From assembly GCA_051362555.1 (NCBI GenBank), contig CM120644.1:11678567-11742566 (forward strand): a stretch of DNA of 64,000 bases. The letters are read 5' to 3'. Positions 11,170 to 24,659 of this stretch are shown piece after piece (position 1 is the first letter of the stretch; each line of letters begins with the position of its first letter). The position numbers and the translations under genes are program-made. This DNA comes from Lingula anatina. Lineage: Eukaryota; Animalia; Brachiopoda. A model generated the notes under the pieces. That model was not told the DNA's origin, searched no databases, and saw only the letters and a program-made list of their open reading frames with translations.

Positions 11170-13897
11170 ATGGCGGCACACCTGATGCATATCAACATAA
11201 ACAGTCTTAAAACCAAGAAACAACTCTTAGTTGAATATCTGGTAGAGCATAAACCTGACATCGTATGCATAAACGAGACAAAGCTGAGTGAGAAGACAAA
11301 AATATCTGTGAGCGGCTATCAGGTGTTGCGCAGGGACAGAGATGCGCATGGAGGCGGAGTGGCTATACTCGTTAAGAAAGATGTAAAGTTCCAAGCTATC
11401 AATACTAGCAACCTTAATGCTGAAATACTGGGGATAGAAACTACGATAAATCAAATAAATACGGCTATAGTTTCACTGTATAACCCACCGCATACAACCC
11501 CTGACAAAGCAGTATTTAAGCACTTTACTGATCAATATCAAAATTGTCTATTTATAGGCGATTTTAACAGTAAGCACGCTTTCTTTGGTTGCAAGAAAAC
11601 GAACAATAACGGAAACGTTCTCTTTGACATAACTGAGGAACTAGATCTGATAAATCTTAATGATAATGGCGAAACAACGCACATGGCCACTAATGGCAAT
11701 ACTGATACGCTGGACATGGCTTTTGTCACGACTCAACTTTACTCGAAAATAGCGGACTGTTATGTAGGTGAAGACGTCGGTAGCGACCATCTACCTCTAC
11801 ACGTAAAAATCATACAGAATAGTCGAATAGCAAGAGCACCAACCGTCTTACGACGGAATACAAGAAAAATAAACCAACCACTGTTTGACCATCTAATTTC
11901 TAGAAACCTAAATAGCGACGCAGTCACACCTACCACCACTGGAATAGACGAAGCTTGTGAGAATGTGACCGAGACACTAATGAATGCACTTGAAACCGCA
12001 TGCCCAAAAACAAAGGTACGAGAAAATGTATGGAGAGTAAGCGAGGACACCCTTAAGCTTATAAAACTGAAAAGAAAACTAAGACGCCTGGCTCAAAAGA
12101 AAGAAGGCCCTTTCTATAAAATCATGTACAACTATATGACAAAACGGGTCAAAGAAGCCATCAAAAAAGAAAAACAAAAAGCTTGGGAAACCGCTACCTC
12201 TATGCTAAATGAAAGAAAAATGGACAAGACCTTCTGGGACATGTTTAAAAGGCTAACTAGCACTGGCACTGCTAAAGAAACATCTGAAAAGCCTGTACTC
12301 AAAGAAAATGGGCAACTTACAACAAACGATGCGGAGAAAGCAAATGCATTTGCAAATACCCTTGGCAAGATACATAACACCCACGAGGGGGTCATATTCG
12401 ATGACGGTTTTAAAGTGGTGGTGGAAAACTACGTCGTTAAAAACAAACACAAATTCGATCCCTTATCTAACCCGACACTAGAAGAAGGGGACGATCACAA
12501 AATTCTAGATAAAATCACAATAGATGAACTTAACGGAAATCTGAAAAATACAAAAAACACGTCACCAGGTGACGACACAATAACAAACGGGATAATTAAA
12601 AAAGCGCCTGAATGTCTGAAAAACAAACTATGCGACATTTATAACAACTGTCTGCAGTTGGGATATTTCCCCACAATATGGAAAAAAGCAACTGGTATAA
12701 TGATACCCAAACCTGAGAAAGATCACAAAGTAACAACGAATTACAGACCGATCAGCCTGCTAAGCTGCCTAGGCAAACTATTCGAGAGAATAATCGCCAC
12801 TAGAATAAAAGAAAAACTAGAAAATGACCAATTTTTCAATAAATGGCAAAGAGCGTACATGAGCAAGAAAGAAGGAATGGAGCATGTGCTCAGATTAGCT
12901 GAAAGTGCACAACTGGCAATGAACAAAGGCTGGGCTACGGGCGCTATGATGCTGGACGTGGAGAAGGCTTTTGACTCAGTTTGGCACGCTGGGTTAAGGT
13001 ACAAATTAGCACATAGTAACCTGCCAGTTAAGATTGTCCGCTTGCTGTCATCTTTTTTGAAAGACAGAAAGATCAAGGTCAGAATCAAAGGCGAGGCATC
13101 CGAATATGTAAGTCTTAATGCTGGCACGCCTCAGGGGTCTGTAATCAGCCCGTTGCTATTCCTAATATATGTGAACGACCTACCAATAAACCCAAGATAC
13201 AACACCGAGGTCTCTCAATTTGCAGACGATTTGGGCATGTGGACATCATGCAAAAATGTCAAAAACATAGAAACTAGACTGACGGGTGTGATAAAGGATC
13301 TCGAACTATGGTGCTCTCTATGGCGGATTAAACTAAACACCAAAAAAACACAATTAATCATCTTTTCAAAATCAAATCAACAACCTAAGCTCAACCTCAC
13401 ACTTTTTGGTGACCGTTTAGAAACACGTGAGGAAGTAACACTGCTAGGAATCACATTTGATAGGAAACTATCATTTAAAAAACACGTCGACAATATAGTG
13501 AAAAGAGCCAGGAAAAGAACTGGCCTTCTTATCAGACTGAGAGGTACAAACTGGGGGGGCTTCGAGTGCCTGCCTCCTAAAATTATACAAATCATTCATT
13601 CGACCCATACTCGAATACGGTGCGGTCATACTAGCGGCTACCAAAAAAACAAGGCTCAACGACCTCCAAAAAATTCAAAATAGAGCGCTACGCATAGCAC
13701 TCAAACTTCCTACAAGTACCCGAATTACAACTCTGCACGAGCTGGCCAACATTGAATATATATCAAGCAGACTATTTTTTCTGGGCACAAAAACAATCAG
13801 CAGGTTTGAAAATAACCTCCTATTTAAAGAACTAAAGCTGAAAAACATAATACTAAGCAAACCAGGCAAAAATACTACCCTTGACTTATATAAATAA
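11170..13897 (+). pseudogene. LINE ORF2: apurinic-type endonuclease plus reverse transcriptase, one +1 frameshift near the C-terminus
   Basis: EN motifs NINSL, NETK, GDFN, SDH; RT motifs YRPISLL, LDVEKAFD, GTPQGSVISP, FADD. Removing one G from the G7 run at 13553-13559 restores NWGASSACLLKLYKSFIRPILEYG...QNRALR to TAA 13895-13897. No RNase H domain. Confidence 0.92.
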
Positions 13898-14756
13898 TGA
13901 TACAGATCGTGCACGAAAAACCTGGCGGCTTCGGTCTCCCGACGACCGGAGAAAATACCACTGGCCCTGAAAAGGGCAACACCAATTCAAAATTAAGGAA
14001 AAAATCCGGTCACCCGACGATCGGAGACAAGGTGAAAGAATTGGAATAATCACAGCGGAAACAAGGAAAAAAAAAAAAAAAAAAAGAAAGAAAGAAAAGA
14101 ATCATCTGGAAAAAAATACACAAGCTGGAGGGGCGGCCAGCGTAAGAGGAAGGAGAAAAAAAAAAAAAAAAAAAAATACAAGCCACCCAAAATACCACCA
14201 CGGACAGACGTGCAACAGCAATAGAGGTAGAAGACAATATACAAGAACTCGGGGATTGAAAGAGGCTCTTGCATCTCGATGCATGAGACCTCGTAACTTT
14301 CCCGCAACGGCTTTGCCGTTGCAAAATTATACTACAGCTCTGATCAACCAGCGTGTACTTAATTTATCTCCAAGACTACGTATATGAACATGTGGCCAGC
14401 AGTCGCGGTAGCAGCTGTCACACAGCTCCAGCTGAGAGCGGATATGCAAATGCCATATTCTGTCCCCACCCATTTGTTAGTTTGCTAGCCAAGGCGGACA
14501 TACAGCGCTATATTACGGGACTTTACATCAAACTTTGCTTCGTTACCGCGTAAATAGGATATTTTTGATTTTCCGCGCGTTGTTTACGAGTTTAAAACTG
14601 AGAACGCGTTCCTGCATTTCTCAGGTGTCGTTCAGAAAAAAAAAATCCAAGGATGAAATACATTCCGTTCTTTTAAAGTATGCTCCATAATTCACATTCC
14701 ATTCAAGGCATGTAATATATGACCAGGAATACTTGCTGATTGTCTATATACTTACA

Positions 14757-17700
14757 ATGGAGACCAAGGCAGAGGAGACAGAGAGGCCCAGTGGTAGCAT
14801 ATCCTGTTCTGATAGGTGCAGAGTCGTTCTCAAGGTAAACTTACCTATTCCAAAAGTGACAAATACAATACATATATTTCAGAAAATACATACATTTTGT
14901 TTGGCAGAAGTATCATTTCTAAATTAAACGTTCAGTTTTCAAATTCTTGTATTCTTTAAATGTGACGTTATTGTGTAAAAGTATTGCTTGACTAACGATA
15001 TAAAAATGCATAAAAACAATTGTGAATTCAGTCCAAGTAAACCGTAGAATTCTCGGAAATGTGAAATGTTACTGGAGCAACAAACGTTAAAAACGTATGA
15101 ACATAGTGGTTACTAAGCTTAATATTATTTCAAAAGGATGTTTTCACACAAATTTTCAGTCCTTATTTAAAGGCAAGATGATGTATGCCAGTTTCATAGA
15201 AACATTTAAGCACATTAAAGAAGATATGGTTATTGTTGCGTTTTTGGACTGATGTCAAAATGCTGTAAAATATTCAGGCATTCCTTTGTTTTGAGGCTTG
15301 GTAAATGTTGTAAGAAGTGCTGTGACTAACATCTGATTATACACACAAGTAAACGCAGAAATTATACTCAAACTTTCCGTTAATTAAATAAGTGAGCAAT
15401 TACATATTTTGTAAGATTAATAAGTGCAACAAAAGGTGGGGGTCAATGGGGTAGGTCGTAAATGTTCCAAATGACATTTTTACTTCAGATTTTGCATAGT
15501 AATTAAGTCATTAACAAATTAAACGTAAGGTAGACCGTGTTAGCTGACTTGCAGTTTCTTTGCGTTATCCACCATGCCATATTTTTCAAAATAAAAAAAG
15601 AAAGAAAAATGAAGAATAGGCCTTTTCAGGCTCTAACGTATGAAAAACGTTCATGTGATACTGACAGATGCATTTTCATATGTTGCTTATGTTATGGTGT
15701 GTGGTGGACAAATTTTATGACAGAAAGATAAGTTTCTTACTAATGAAATAAAAAAATTCTCTGTATGCGGTGTATACTTTCCACTTTCTGTTTGTTGGGT
15801 GCTTGCGACGTGTGATTAAAAGGGTTTAAAACTACACAAAACAATCCAATTGTTAATGGATATTTCTATTACAAATGTGGAACATCAAAAAAAATTCTGA
15901 AATATAAAATTTTTGTTTACTATTTGATAAATGGTAACGATGAGAGAAAGAGGCGGGGGATTGGGTTCGATGGGTAATTCAGGCTACTTCCATTTCTATT
16001 TCTCTTTATTTTTAGCTTGTCATAGGAATCCTGGTGTCGTTGCTGATGACGTCATCACTCGTCTTGAACAAACTGTCCTTAGTTTGGCTGCTGGGAGGGA
16101 CGCATATCAACAACCTCCGCCTGGAAACATGGTGAGGGTCAAATCATCTACATATGACCGTCATTTTCTCCACTAAGGTGTTTCAGCTTTGACCTATAAC
16201 AAACTTACGACGAGCATTTTGACGTCAAGGTTGAGGCAGCAGTTTGATAAGGAAATGTACTGAAAAATTTGAACTTTATTTATTGCCCTTAGCAGTGCTA
16301 AATTAAAATGGGGAAAGTTTACAGGTTTATGTCGTTTTACTACCAAAATGACTTTGAAGGTGTCTCTTTATTATTTTTATTAGTTTTTTTTTTTTTTTTT
16401 TTTGGGGGGGGTACTAGTAGGTCCTTAGGAAACATTGGTCTCTACTTGAATAAAAAGTACATTAACCAGTTTAGAGCGGCTCAAAGATACCGATGGCCAC
16501 TTCTTTCATTTAATATATTAATAAAACATTTAATTTTCAGACCAGACAAACATTTTATCGTGTTTTCTTCCCTAGGTATGCAGCATTTGCTCTTGTCTTG
16601 CTATATCCAGAATTATTTGCGCTGATAAAAGTTTTCTGGAACACTTCCTTCATTAAGAAGACCAAGACTCACCAGTGGCCCAGTGGGATAGCCCTGTTTG
16701 TGGTGAGAGGTGTTTATGGCAATCTTTAAGTGAAAAGTTTTAAATTATATCAACTGTCAATACTTGTTTTAAGCAATTCATTAATCGTCAAGATCGGAAT
16801 TGATTCTTAAGATTAAAAATGCCTTACGGATTACCCTATTCAGTTAATATCTTACGTTTACATACTGTAAAATTATTTGTGAAATGTATATTAGCAAAAT
16901 TGTTAAACTGATTGCTTTCAGGGAGAGTCCCGCGGAACTAATTCGATCTACGTAGACCGATAGTATCAATTGGAATGAGCCCTTTACCTATCGAAATATT
17001 TTTAGTGGTCTTATCTGGTCACTTATAAAGCGCTGGAAAGCTTATACACAGAAGCCAATATTATAATTTTTCAGGGCTTCCTCGTGAGTTTTTCTGAGGT
17101 GGCCAGCTTCATGGTGTTTACGCTAGAAGTCGCCCCACGTCTTCCGATCCAGGTTCTACTTCCGGTAATGAGCGCAGTGTTCGCCGTGGGATTGTGCTAT
17201 GAGCAATGGGAGGGATACCGCGTACGTGCTTTGACGTCATTGTAATTTGTTTTCAAAGGGAAATTATCAAGTCGTGTTTAATTTTTATGTTTAACAATGA
17301 ATTTGTTTTATCTATTGATAAATTATCCGCAGGACCCGAAGAATTTATAAAATTACTTGAATTGTCAAGTTTTAATTTACTGGGCGATTTTAATGAAATA
17401 TTTGTTCTATAAAATAGTTGAGCATACCTTTTCTATAAAATTACAGTATATGTTCAATACAATTACACAGCATTAACAAACGTCGGATTAGTTCCATAAA
17501 TGTTCTTCCGTAACATCAAGATTTAACATATAAATTATGAAACCAAAACGAACATTTTCATCCCTTCCATAGATCCAGGCTATGAATGCCCGAAACCAGG
17601 CAGTTAAATACGACGGCAATTTTACCATGGCCAAACCCGAGGGTCTCCAGGAAAGGGAGTCCCCTCACACCTACGAAGCCAACTGGAAGCGCGTGTTAAA

Positions 17701-20700
17701 AACCGTGATAGGATTCAGCGGGGTGTGGTCTACATGTGCCATAGCAGGAATCGTGGCTCTGACGTCAGCGTTACCATGGTTCCAAGCGCTTTGCTTGCCG
17801 ACGTGTTTGCTCATACTGTCCTTGGCTTGGAGCCCAAAGGTGCAAGTTTATATCGTTAAGTCCCACGAGGACACTTTTCTAGGACGCTGGAAGGCGACCG
17901 CTTTGTATACTGTCTTTAAGATCATTATACTGATCGTCGGTTTTAGCATTATAATGGTGATAAGAATGCGCGAGAGCGTGATACTCAACGCTAATTTCTA
18001 CGTGAAACTAACTGACGGGCTATATGGATGTTATGAACCGGTTGTGTTCTACCCGCTCTTGATCCATTTCTCCAGCACAGCTGTGGCACATGTCATGTCA
18101 TTCGTAGCCACCACCCTTTGTATGCCCATATTAGGGATGACTCTGCCCTCCATCATAGCCACGCCCCTTGCCATACTTCTGGGGATCTTGGTGTGCTCTG
18201 CAAGTAGAGGAGTGCTCGATCCATTAATCTGTACCACCGGCGGTCTCTGGGTGTGGTGTGCTTTTGGTCTTGCCGCCATGGCGTGGCTTGCTCCGTTGTT
18301 AATCAAAGGCAAGGATTTGAACCGAAACTCGGGAATTTTGCTAAAGCCCATGGAGGAACTTTTCATCCAGCCCACTTTCAACAGTGTCTTTTTAGACCAA
18401 CATTTCATACTGAACTATAAGTATGATGGCTTCACGTGTAAGGCGCATGTGACAGACCCCGCGCGCGCAGAGAAAAGTCGCGTGTTTATCTGTACGACAA
18501 TGTACAGAGAAGCGGAGTTTGAAATGGCAAGACTTTTATCCAGCCTTCACAAAATCTCCGCCACAGAGAAACTGAAGCATGTATACCTAGAGGCCCATAT
18601 CTTTCTTGACAACGGCGTCTCCGACAATCACGTGACCGAATTCGCAACGCAGATGATTTCACTGTTGCATTCAAAGATGGAGGTCAGTCTTCACCAAGGC
18701 AACGAACTTTTAACTCCTTACGGACTCCAATTAAACTGGGTTCTTCCAGGCGGGATGCCTTTCTTCATCCACCTGAAAGACTCTACGAAAGTAAAATCAA
18801 AGAAAAGGTGGAGCCAGGTTATGTACATGGCTTATATTTTGAACTATAGACTAATGAGAGATATTTCCAAGGATATCGCTCAGGGCCTAATTAAAGGAAA
18901 GCACAACAATGCCGACGACTCTCTGTACGTGGGTTACGCCAGCGACCAGGAATGGCGCACCAACACGGCCACCTTAACTAAAAACAGCGACGACAGCGAC
19001 ACTAACGCCGAACCCGAAGAGGAATTCGCGACAATCAACAACCCGTCAACTCCATATTATCTTCGTGAGAACAAACGCTACCTAAAAACTATGCTGGATA
19101 GGAACCCAGATCTGAAGCATTTTACAGAGCCCCGAGACAGTTCTGACCAAGGTTTCTTCACTGGTGTGGACGACGATGAGGTTGATGACGATTCAGATTC
19201 GGACAGCAGCGACGGGCACACCCCTCCGCGAAGCTTACGCTTCCAAGACGACACCGAACCGTGGCCAGATTACGAAGGTGACACCTCGTCCTGCGCTGAC
19301 GCTTCCTTCGTGGGCGGGATGATGCCACCAATCAAAATTGTGGACGCCGACGGAAACGAAACTTACGAATACAGTGAAACCTTCTTAGATAATTCTGTCA
19401 CCGTGTTGAGACTTTCCTCCACGAATCTAGCTAGACCAGTGGGGCCACCACCCCCTCCTCCACCGCAAAAGTTCCCGGCTTCTTCTAACCGGTCGTGGAA
19501 CTACCCAGAAGTTCCTGCACGCTCTCAAGGCCGAAAAATAAGCAGTAAAATGTTGAAGGCGAGACGCCCGGTAAATCACCAGGATTCCAGAGCGCAGTTA
19601 ATTCGCCAAGATTCAGCCATAACGTCAGAGGAGACGGGTCACGTGAACCTCGGCTACGAAGACGAGACTGACACAGAGGCAATTCCAAAGGTGGAAAATA
19701 TTAAACCAAAGACCGTGTTTAGTATATCTAAGAAAACGGTGCCGTCAATGCGAACTCCACAACTGGGCCGCATGCCTCTTGACGACCACACTTACATCTT
19801 GGCCACGGATGCCGACATGGCGTTTAATGAAGATAGTCTCATTGACCTCCTGAAACTTTGCAACCACGACCGTCGGCTCGGTGGCGCTTGCGGCAGGACG
19901 CATCCCATCGGCCAGTCGACCGGTCCCTTGGTTTGGTATCAAAAGTTTGAATATGCAAAAGGTACGGTAGATCTTTGACCTAAAACCTCCTATTCAACCA
20001 GTTCTACTGTAGTTTAAGTAAAACAATACGTGTAGTGTGATAAGTCTGCACACAAGCGCCAGTAAAATTCCCAAAAGGAAAATTATCCTCGCTGTTTTGT
20101 TTTAAGAGAGACTTGATTTTGAAAAGAAATTCTAATTGATGATATCTAATTGGTGATATGTTTTATTAGGGTGTGATCATACAGGAAGAAACACATTTCA
20201 GAATTCTTTGTTTTTATTGAAAAAAAAAAAAAAACTCAGCCAATAAAAGGTTACTTATAAGAAAGTAAATAATTACACATTACCAAGATATTGGTTATAC
20301 ATTAATTACATCCTGTTTGATTGTTTTCTTTTTGTCAGATTTTTGGATGATAAAAAGTTCCCAGAATGTTATCGGCTCCGTGATGTGTTGTCCCGGCTGC
20401 TTTAGTCTTTACCGCGCAAGCGCTGTGCGTGACGTCATTCCCCACTACGCAGGACCAACAGAGCAGCCATTTGATGTCTTTATCAAGGACACAGGTAACC
20501 ATGCATCACTGAAACATTACTTTAACGAAAGAAAATCATTTCTGTGTGATACATCGTTAGACCACTGAACAGAGACCGATATACCGGAATTAATCTTTTG
20601 GCCGGCATCTTAAAAAATATTTCACCGGGTGTCACTAGGTTCCATATATCCAGAAATACCACAATCAACATTGCAAGCTATTTGCCTTTATCACAAAAAA

Positions 20701-23294
20701 GTACATTGATGGTTAATAACAGCTGGGGTATTTGCGCACAAATGTGTGTGTCATATTGATACGTCGACATGTTCCTCCGTCTCTGGTAATATTGTATTGT
20801 CGTTAATTACATGGCAGACATTGACTCCTCGTGACATTAAAAGAGCCATTAATTTCACTGACAGTCTTAGCACGTGCTACCGTAATATAGTTATGTGACC
20901 CCAGCAAATTGAATATACTCAGCGACTGACATAAACATATGTTGCAATTAGTACTCCAATTATTCAATTTAGATTATAGTATGAGTTATAAAATGTACGT
21001 TTTACTGATGTATAATTACTAAATTTTATAAACCTGCTCTTAAATTGCGAAGGTGTAATTAAGTTTGAAACCTCCGCGGTATTATCTCTGTCCGAGGCCC
21101 AGCTGGGGCTCAATATGAAGCCAGCGAGGGGGACTGAAAGGGAATAATTTTTTTTAAATCTTCGTAATTCTACTTGACCAACTGGGCTGACAGGTTGTTA
21201 GTATGCAGGCCCAGGTTTGGTTGTGGAGAAGGCTTTGTTGAGCCCATGTAAAATTTAAACCCAAGCCAAAGGCCTGTGTGCAGATGTGCAATTGCTTACC
21301 AAGCCTGCCTGTACCTTTTGGAGACCCACACTGGTTGTTCATTGTGAGCCCTAAGATGGATGTTTTTTCAAATTATTTCTGACTATAATACCCATCTTAA
21401 TCAGGTCCATGGGTTTGGGGGAATTCGGGGCATTCGAAAGTACCGTTTTGGTCAGAAAATCCTCACTTTGTATTTGTGTTTTATCTAAATTCTGTGCCAT
21501 TTCTCAAGTAAGTTCAACTAAGAGATTAAAAAGGTCCAATGTTTCAAAAACTATACATCCTCTGAAATTGCTGGCTACATCTGTTTCTTGTCTAGACGGA
21601 TAGTGACATCCTCACAAAAATTCGAAGATGGTAATGAACACAGGTCAGGTACAATAAAGTGGCATACATGTCGTTTAGGCCATGTTCAGGTTAAAATTCA
21701 TTAGTCCAGAAGGATCGATCTATTTTTGCAGTGATTCTCGCTTAAGTGCACTCAATCTTTCGTGGCTTCTGGAGGAGGTTGGCCAGCCAATTGAGCTGAT
21801 CACATCTCACTTAAGCGAGAATCCCGGAGGAGATAGATAAATCCTGCAGGACCGATAAGTTTTAATCTGAACACAGCCTTAAACGCCGATCCCATTTTTT
21901 GTCGTCCAGGAGAGGACAGGTGGATGTGCACGCTAATGATGCTGCGTGGTTGGAAACTGGAATACAACGCTTTCTGTGATAACTCTACGTTCTGCCCAGA
22001 CACCTTTGAGGAGTTCATGAAGCAGCGACGCCGGTGGGTCCTGTCTGACATGGCCAACATGCTGCTGGTGTTCAAGAATATTTTCAAACTCGCACAGAAA
22101 AATGATAACTTTAGCCTGGCTTACATTTTCTATATGTTACAGGTGGGAACCAGTCCTTGCGTGTTTTGTCTTTGTATTCACGATTTCTAAGTTATGAACT
22201 TTTATTTACAAAATGGCAATGATTGGCGAATTTCAATATTTACTCGTTAAATCAATCTTAATAAAATTGCTATTAAATGTATATCTTTATTTAAGAACAA
22301 CGCGACGTGAAATGATAAATGTAGTGTGTCATATTCTATGCTAGAATGTATTAGTGGCAGTATATGACTTCAACTACATGTAATATATCACTCGGAAAAA
22401 ATAATTATTTAATGTTGCGCGCCACTTTTTTGCTTTCAGATGTTCATAATAGTTTTGCTGTCTCCTGCCTCTACCATCGTTATCTTGGCAGGAGGTCTTG
22501 ACATAGTGTACGGCATTCCTTTTGAGATCATTGGACCCGTCTTGGGGTTGCTCGTGCTGCTTTACAGCCTCGTTTGCATTGTTGGAAGTATAAAACTGCA
22601 GTGCCGCCTATCCTTAGTTTTGACGTTAATCCTGGGATTAATGATGTTGTCTATAGTGGTTGGGGGCTCTGTTTATGTGGTACAGGATATAAATGAAGGT
22701 GAATTAATTTTTTTAATATTTCCGGATTTTTAAAGCAAAAACCTTTACAAGTGCAAAGATATACTTGTAATGTATCAACTACTAGTCTTTTTATTTGTCA
22801 CTAGCGTTCTCTTCGTGTGTATTTTGTTAGACATTTCACGCTCTAATCCTGTGACTTATTGCTACTCAAATATCATTGACACTTGAGGTTTTACATAGCC
22901 ATTACAAATTGGTTTCTCACCTCAAATCACCTGTAAAACAGGCATATATTTTCTATTTAAGATGTATCAAGTGGCACCGTAGAATTCCAAGAATACTATC
23001 TAATTCTGCTGCTGATCGCCAGTCTTGTTTACGCCGCCATCATACACCCCAAAGAGTGCCCTCTGCTGGCCCACGGCATCTCTTATCTGGTGGGCTTCCC
23101 AGCCATGCAGGTGCTGCTACCTATCTACGCTATTTGTAATATTGTCGATCAAAGCTGGGGGACCAGGGATAATGTAAGTATTTGATGTGTGAATGGATCA
23201 AGGTTGACGTCACTGGGTCAATGCCAGTTTAGGAACGAATGGTGAAATTAATGTTGATTTACTGTATAAGAATTTTTAAAGATAACTTAGGTAT

Positions 23295-23333
<39 letters not shown>

Positions 23334-24659
23334 CTGATGGCAGGCCGTAGCAATGTTTAGAATTATTGTTCATGTATGTTGTAACACTACAAGGCTGAAG
23401 AATATATATCGGTCGAAAAATGTAATGCCTGTATATCCCTTAGAATTTTAACTCAAGTGGCTTTTAAATATTAAAACCCAACCGATAATGTGTGACGAAT
23501 ATACTATATATTGAATATGGTGTGAATTTAAAAGGTCCTGCAGTCATTCTGAGGGTTTAGCTCTAACACCGATTTCGTTTTGTTAAAAACTGCGCTGTCA
23601 ACTGACACATGTCTCTTTTGCTTTACTGTTTTCACAGTTTATTTAATCTGATATTGATGGATATGGAATATATCATAATTACTGAAAACATTGTTTCACT
23701 TACAGAATAAATCGAAAAAGGTTCGCGTGTCGTGTTTTAACAGAAAAGGGAAGAAATACCACAAAACTCTCTCCAGGAAATCGAGAATTTCGACCACATC
23801 AGGTAAAGATGAATTGATATGACGGTGAAAGGTCAAGTGATGTGTCTTAATAATTGAAAGAAACATTTGTGAAAAAGACAAAAATATGATTATCTTGTAA
23901 CACTTGTACTGTTTGCCTCTGTTTCAAAAGTACAAATTCTCCAAAAACTGCCAAGAATTAAAAAAAAATTAATACTTAGCTTTAAGAATTCCAAATGTAG
24001 GAACCATAGTGACTGTAATTGAACTACAGAATAATAAAGTTCATCTTCTGATGAGTCGTTCTGATATGTTTTTTTAATCTGGAATTAGATTTCATAAGAT
24101 GTTGGCGTCATTTCATATGCACTTATGGCTGAAATAATTTAAACATTCCTTACGTGGATTTCCTCTATCAGGTGCAGCGCCAGTCGGCGGGATAGAAGAG
24201 GTCGTGGAGGTCGAGAGTACGGATGAAAGCGAGGACGTTGAGGTAGAATGTACCGCTGATCACTTCCATTCCATGTTGGACGGCAACGAGCAGCAAATAG
24301 AGGAGCACGTGTTCTGGGAGAGAATGCACGAGATCGTCTTAGGAAAAGGAGTAAACCTCGGTCTGGACCAAGCTTCACTCGCTTCCGGTTTGCGCAACCT
24401 GCGCAACATCTGTTTGCTGTCTCTGCTCATCCTCAACGCTTTGTGGTTAGTGTTGCTCAGCGTCTTTTATTTCAATGCAAACTTTAACTTGGTTAAGTTG
24501 AACGTGTACGGGCTGATAACTGGGGCTGTATACGGCCTCGTTCTGGCCGTGCAGGTAGTTGGTATGACCGTACACCGCGTGGAGGCGCTGTTTACAAGAT
24601 ACGCGGTTATCATATTTGGACATGATAGACCGATCTGGATCAACAAGAGAACCGCATAA
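14757..24659 (+). CDS. CHS: Chitin synthase (GT2), ~1433 aa, no myosin head
   Basis: 11 phase-compatible GT-AG coding exons: 14757-14834, 16016-16131, 16576-16702, 17075-17221, 17573-19961, 20339-20494, 21910-22142, 22440-22698, 22962-23173, 23706-23802, 24172-24659 (4302 nt). Motifs CTTMYRE, KRWSQVMYM, DAD, GACGRTHP, WYQKFEYA, CCPGCFSLYR, GEDRW, QRRRW, SWGTRD; multiple TM segments at both ends. Confidence 0.95.
21678..21878. mobile_element. PIF/Harbinger-type (Tourist-like) MITE in a chitin synthase intron
   Basis: TIRs GGCCATGTTCAGGTT / AATCTGAACACAGCC, TTA flanks, long foldback with a perfect 16-bp inverted repeat GATTCTCGCTTAAGTG (21733-21748 / 21808-21823). Confidence 0.8.
23298..23329. 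repeat. (GA)n microsatellite
   Basis: Directly visible. Confidence 0.97.

Larger units (their letters stand above)
10702..14334 (+). mobile_element. 5'-truncated Jockey-like non-LTR retrotransposon (LINE) with 9-bp TSD
   Basis: CAGCTCTGA at 10693-10701 and 14335-14343. ORF1 zinc knuckles start right after the left copy, followed by an APE-RT ORF2, an A-rich 3' UTR and a terminal hairpin at 14304-14322. Confidence 0.9.

Noticed and set aside
13553-13559. Programmed ribosomal frameshift in LINE ORF2
   Set aside because: Not an established mechanism at this position in LINEs; a homopolymer indel explains it more simply.
11227-13914. Multiple antisense ORFs over the LINE, and similar ones over CHS, TLR and RBM33 exons
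   Set aside because: Shadows of sense-strand coding sequence with no independent features.
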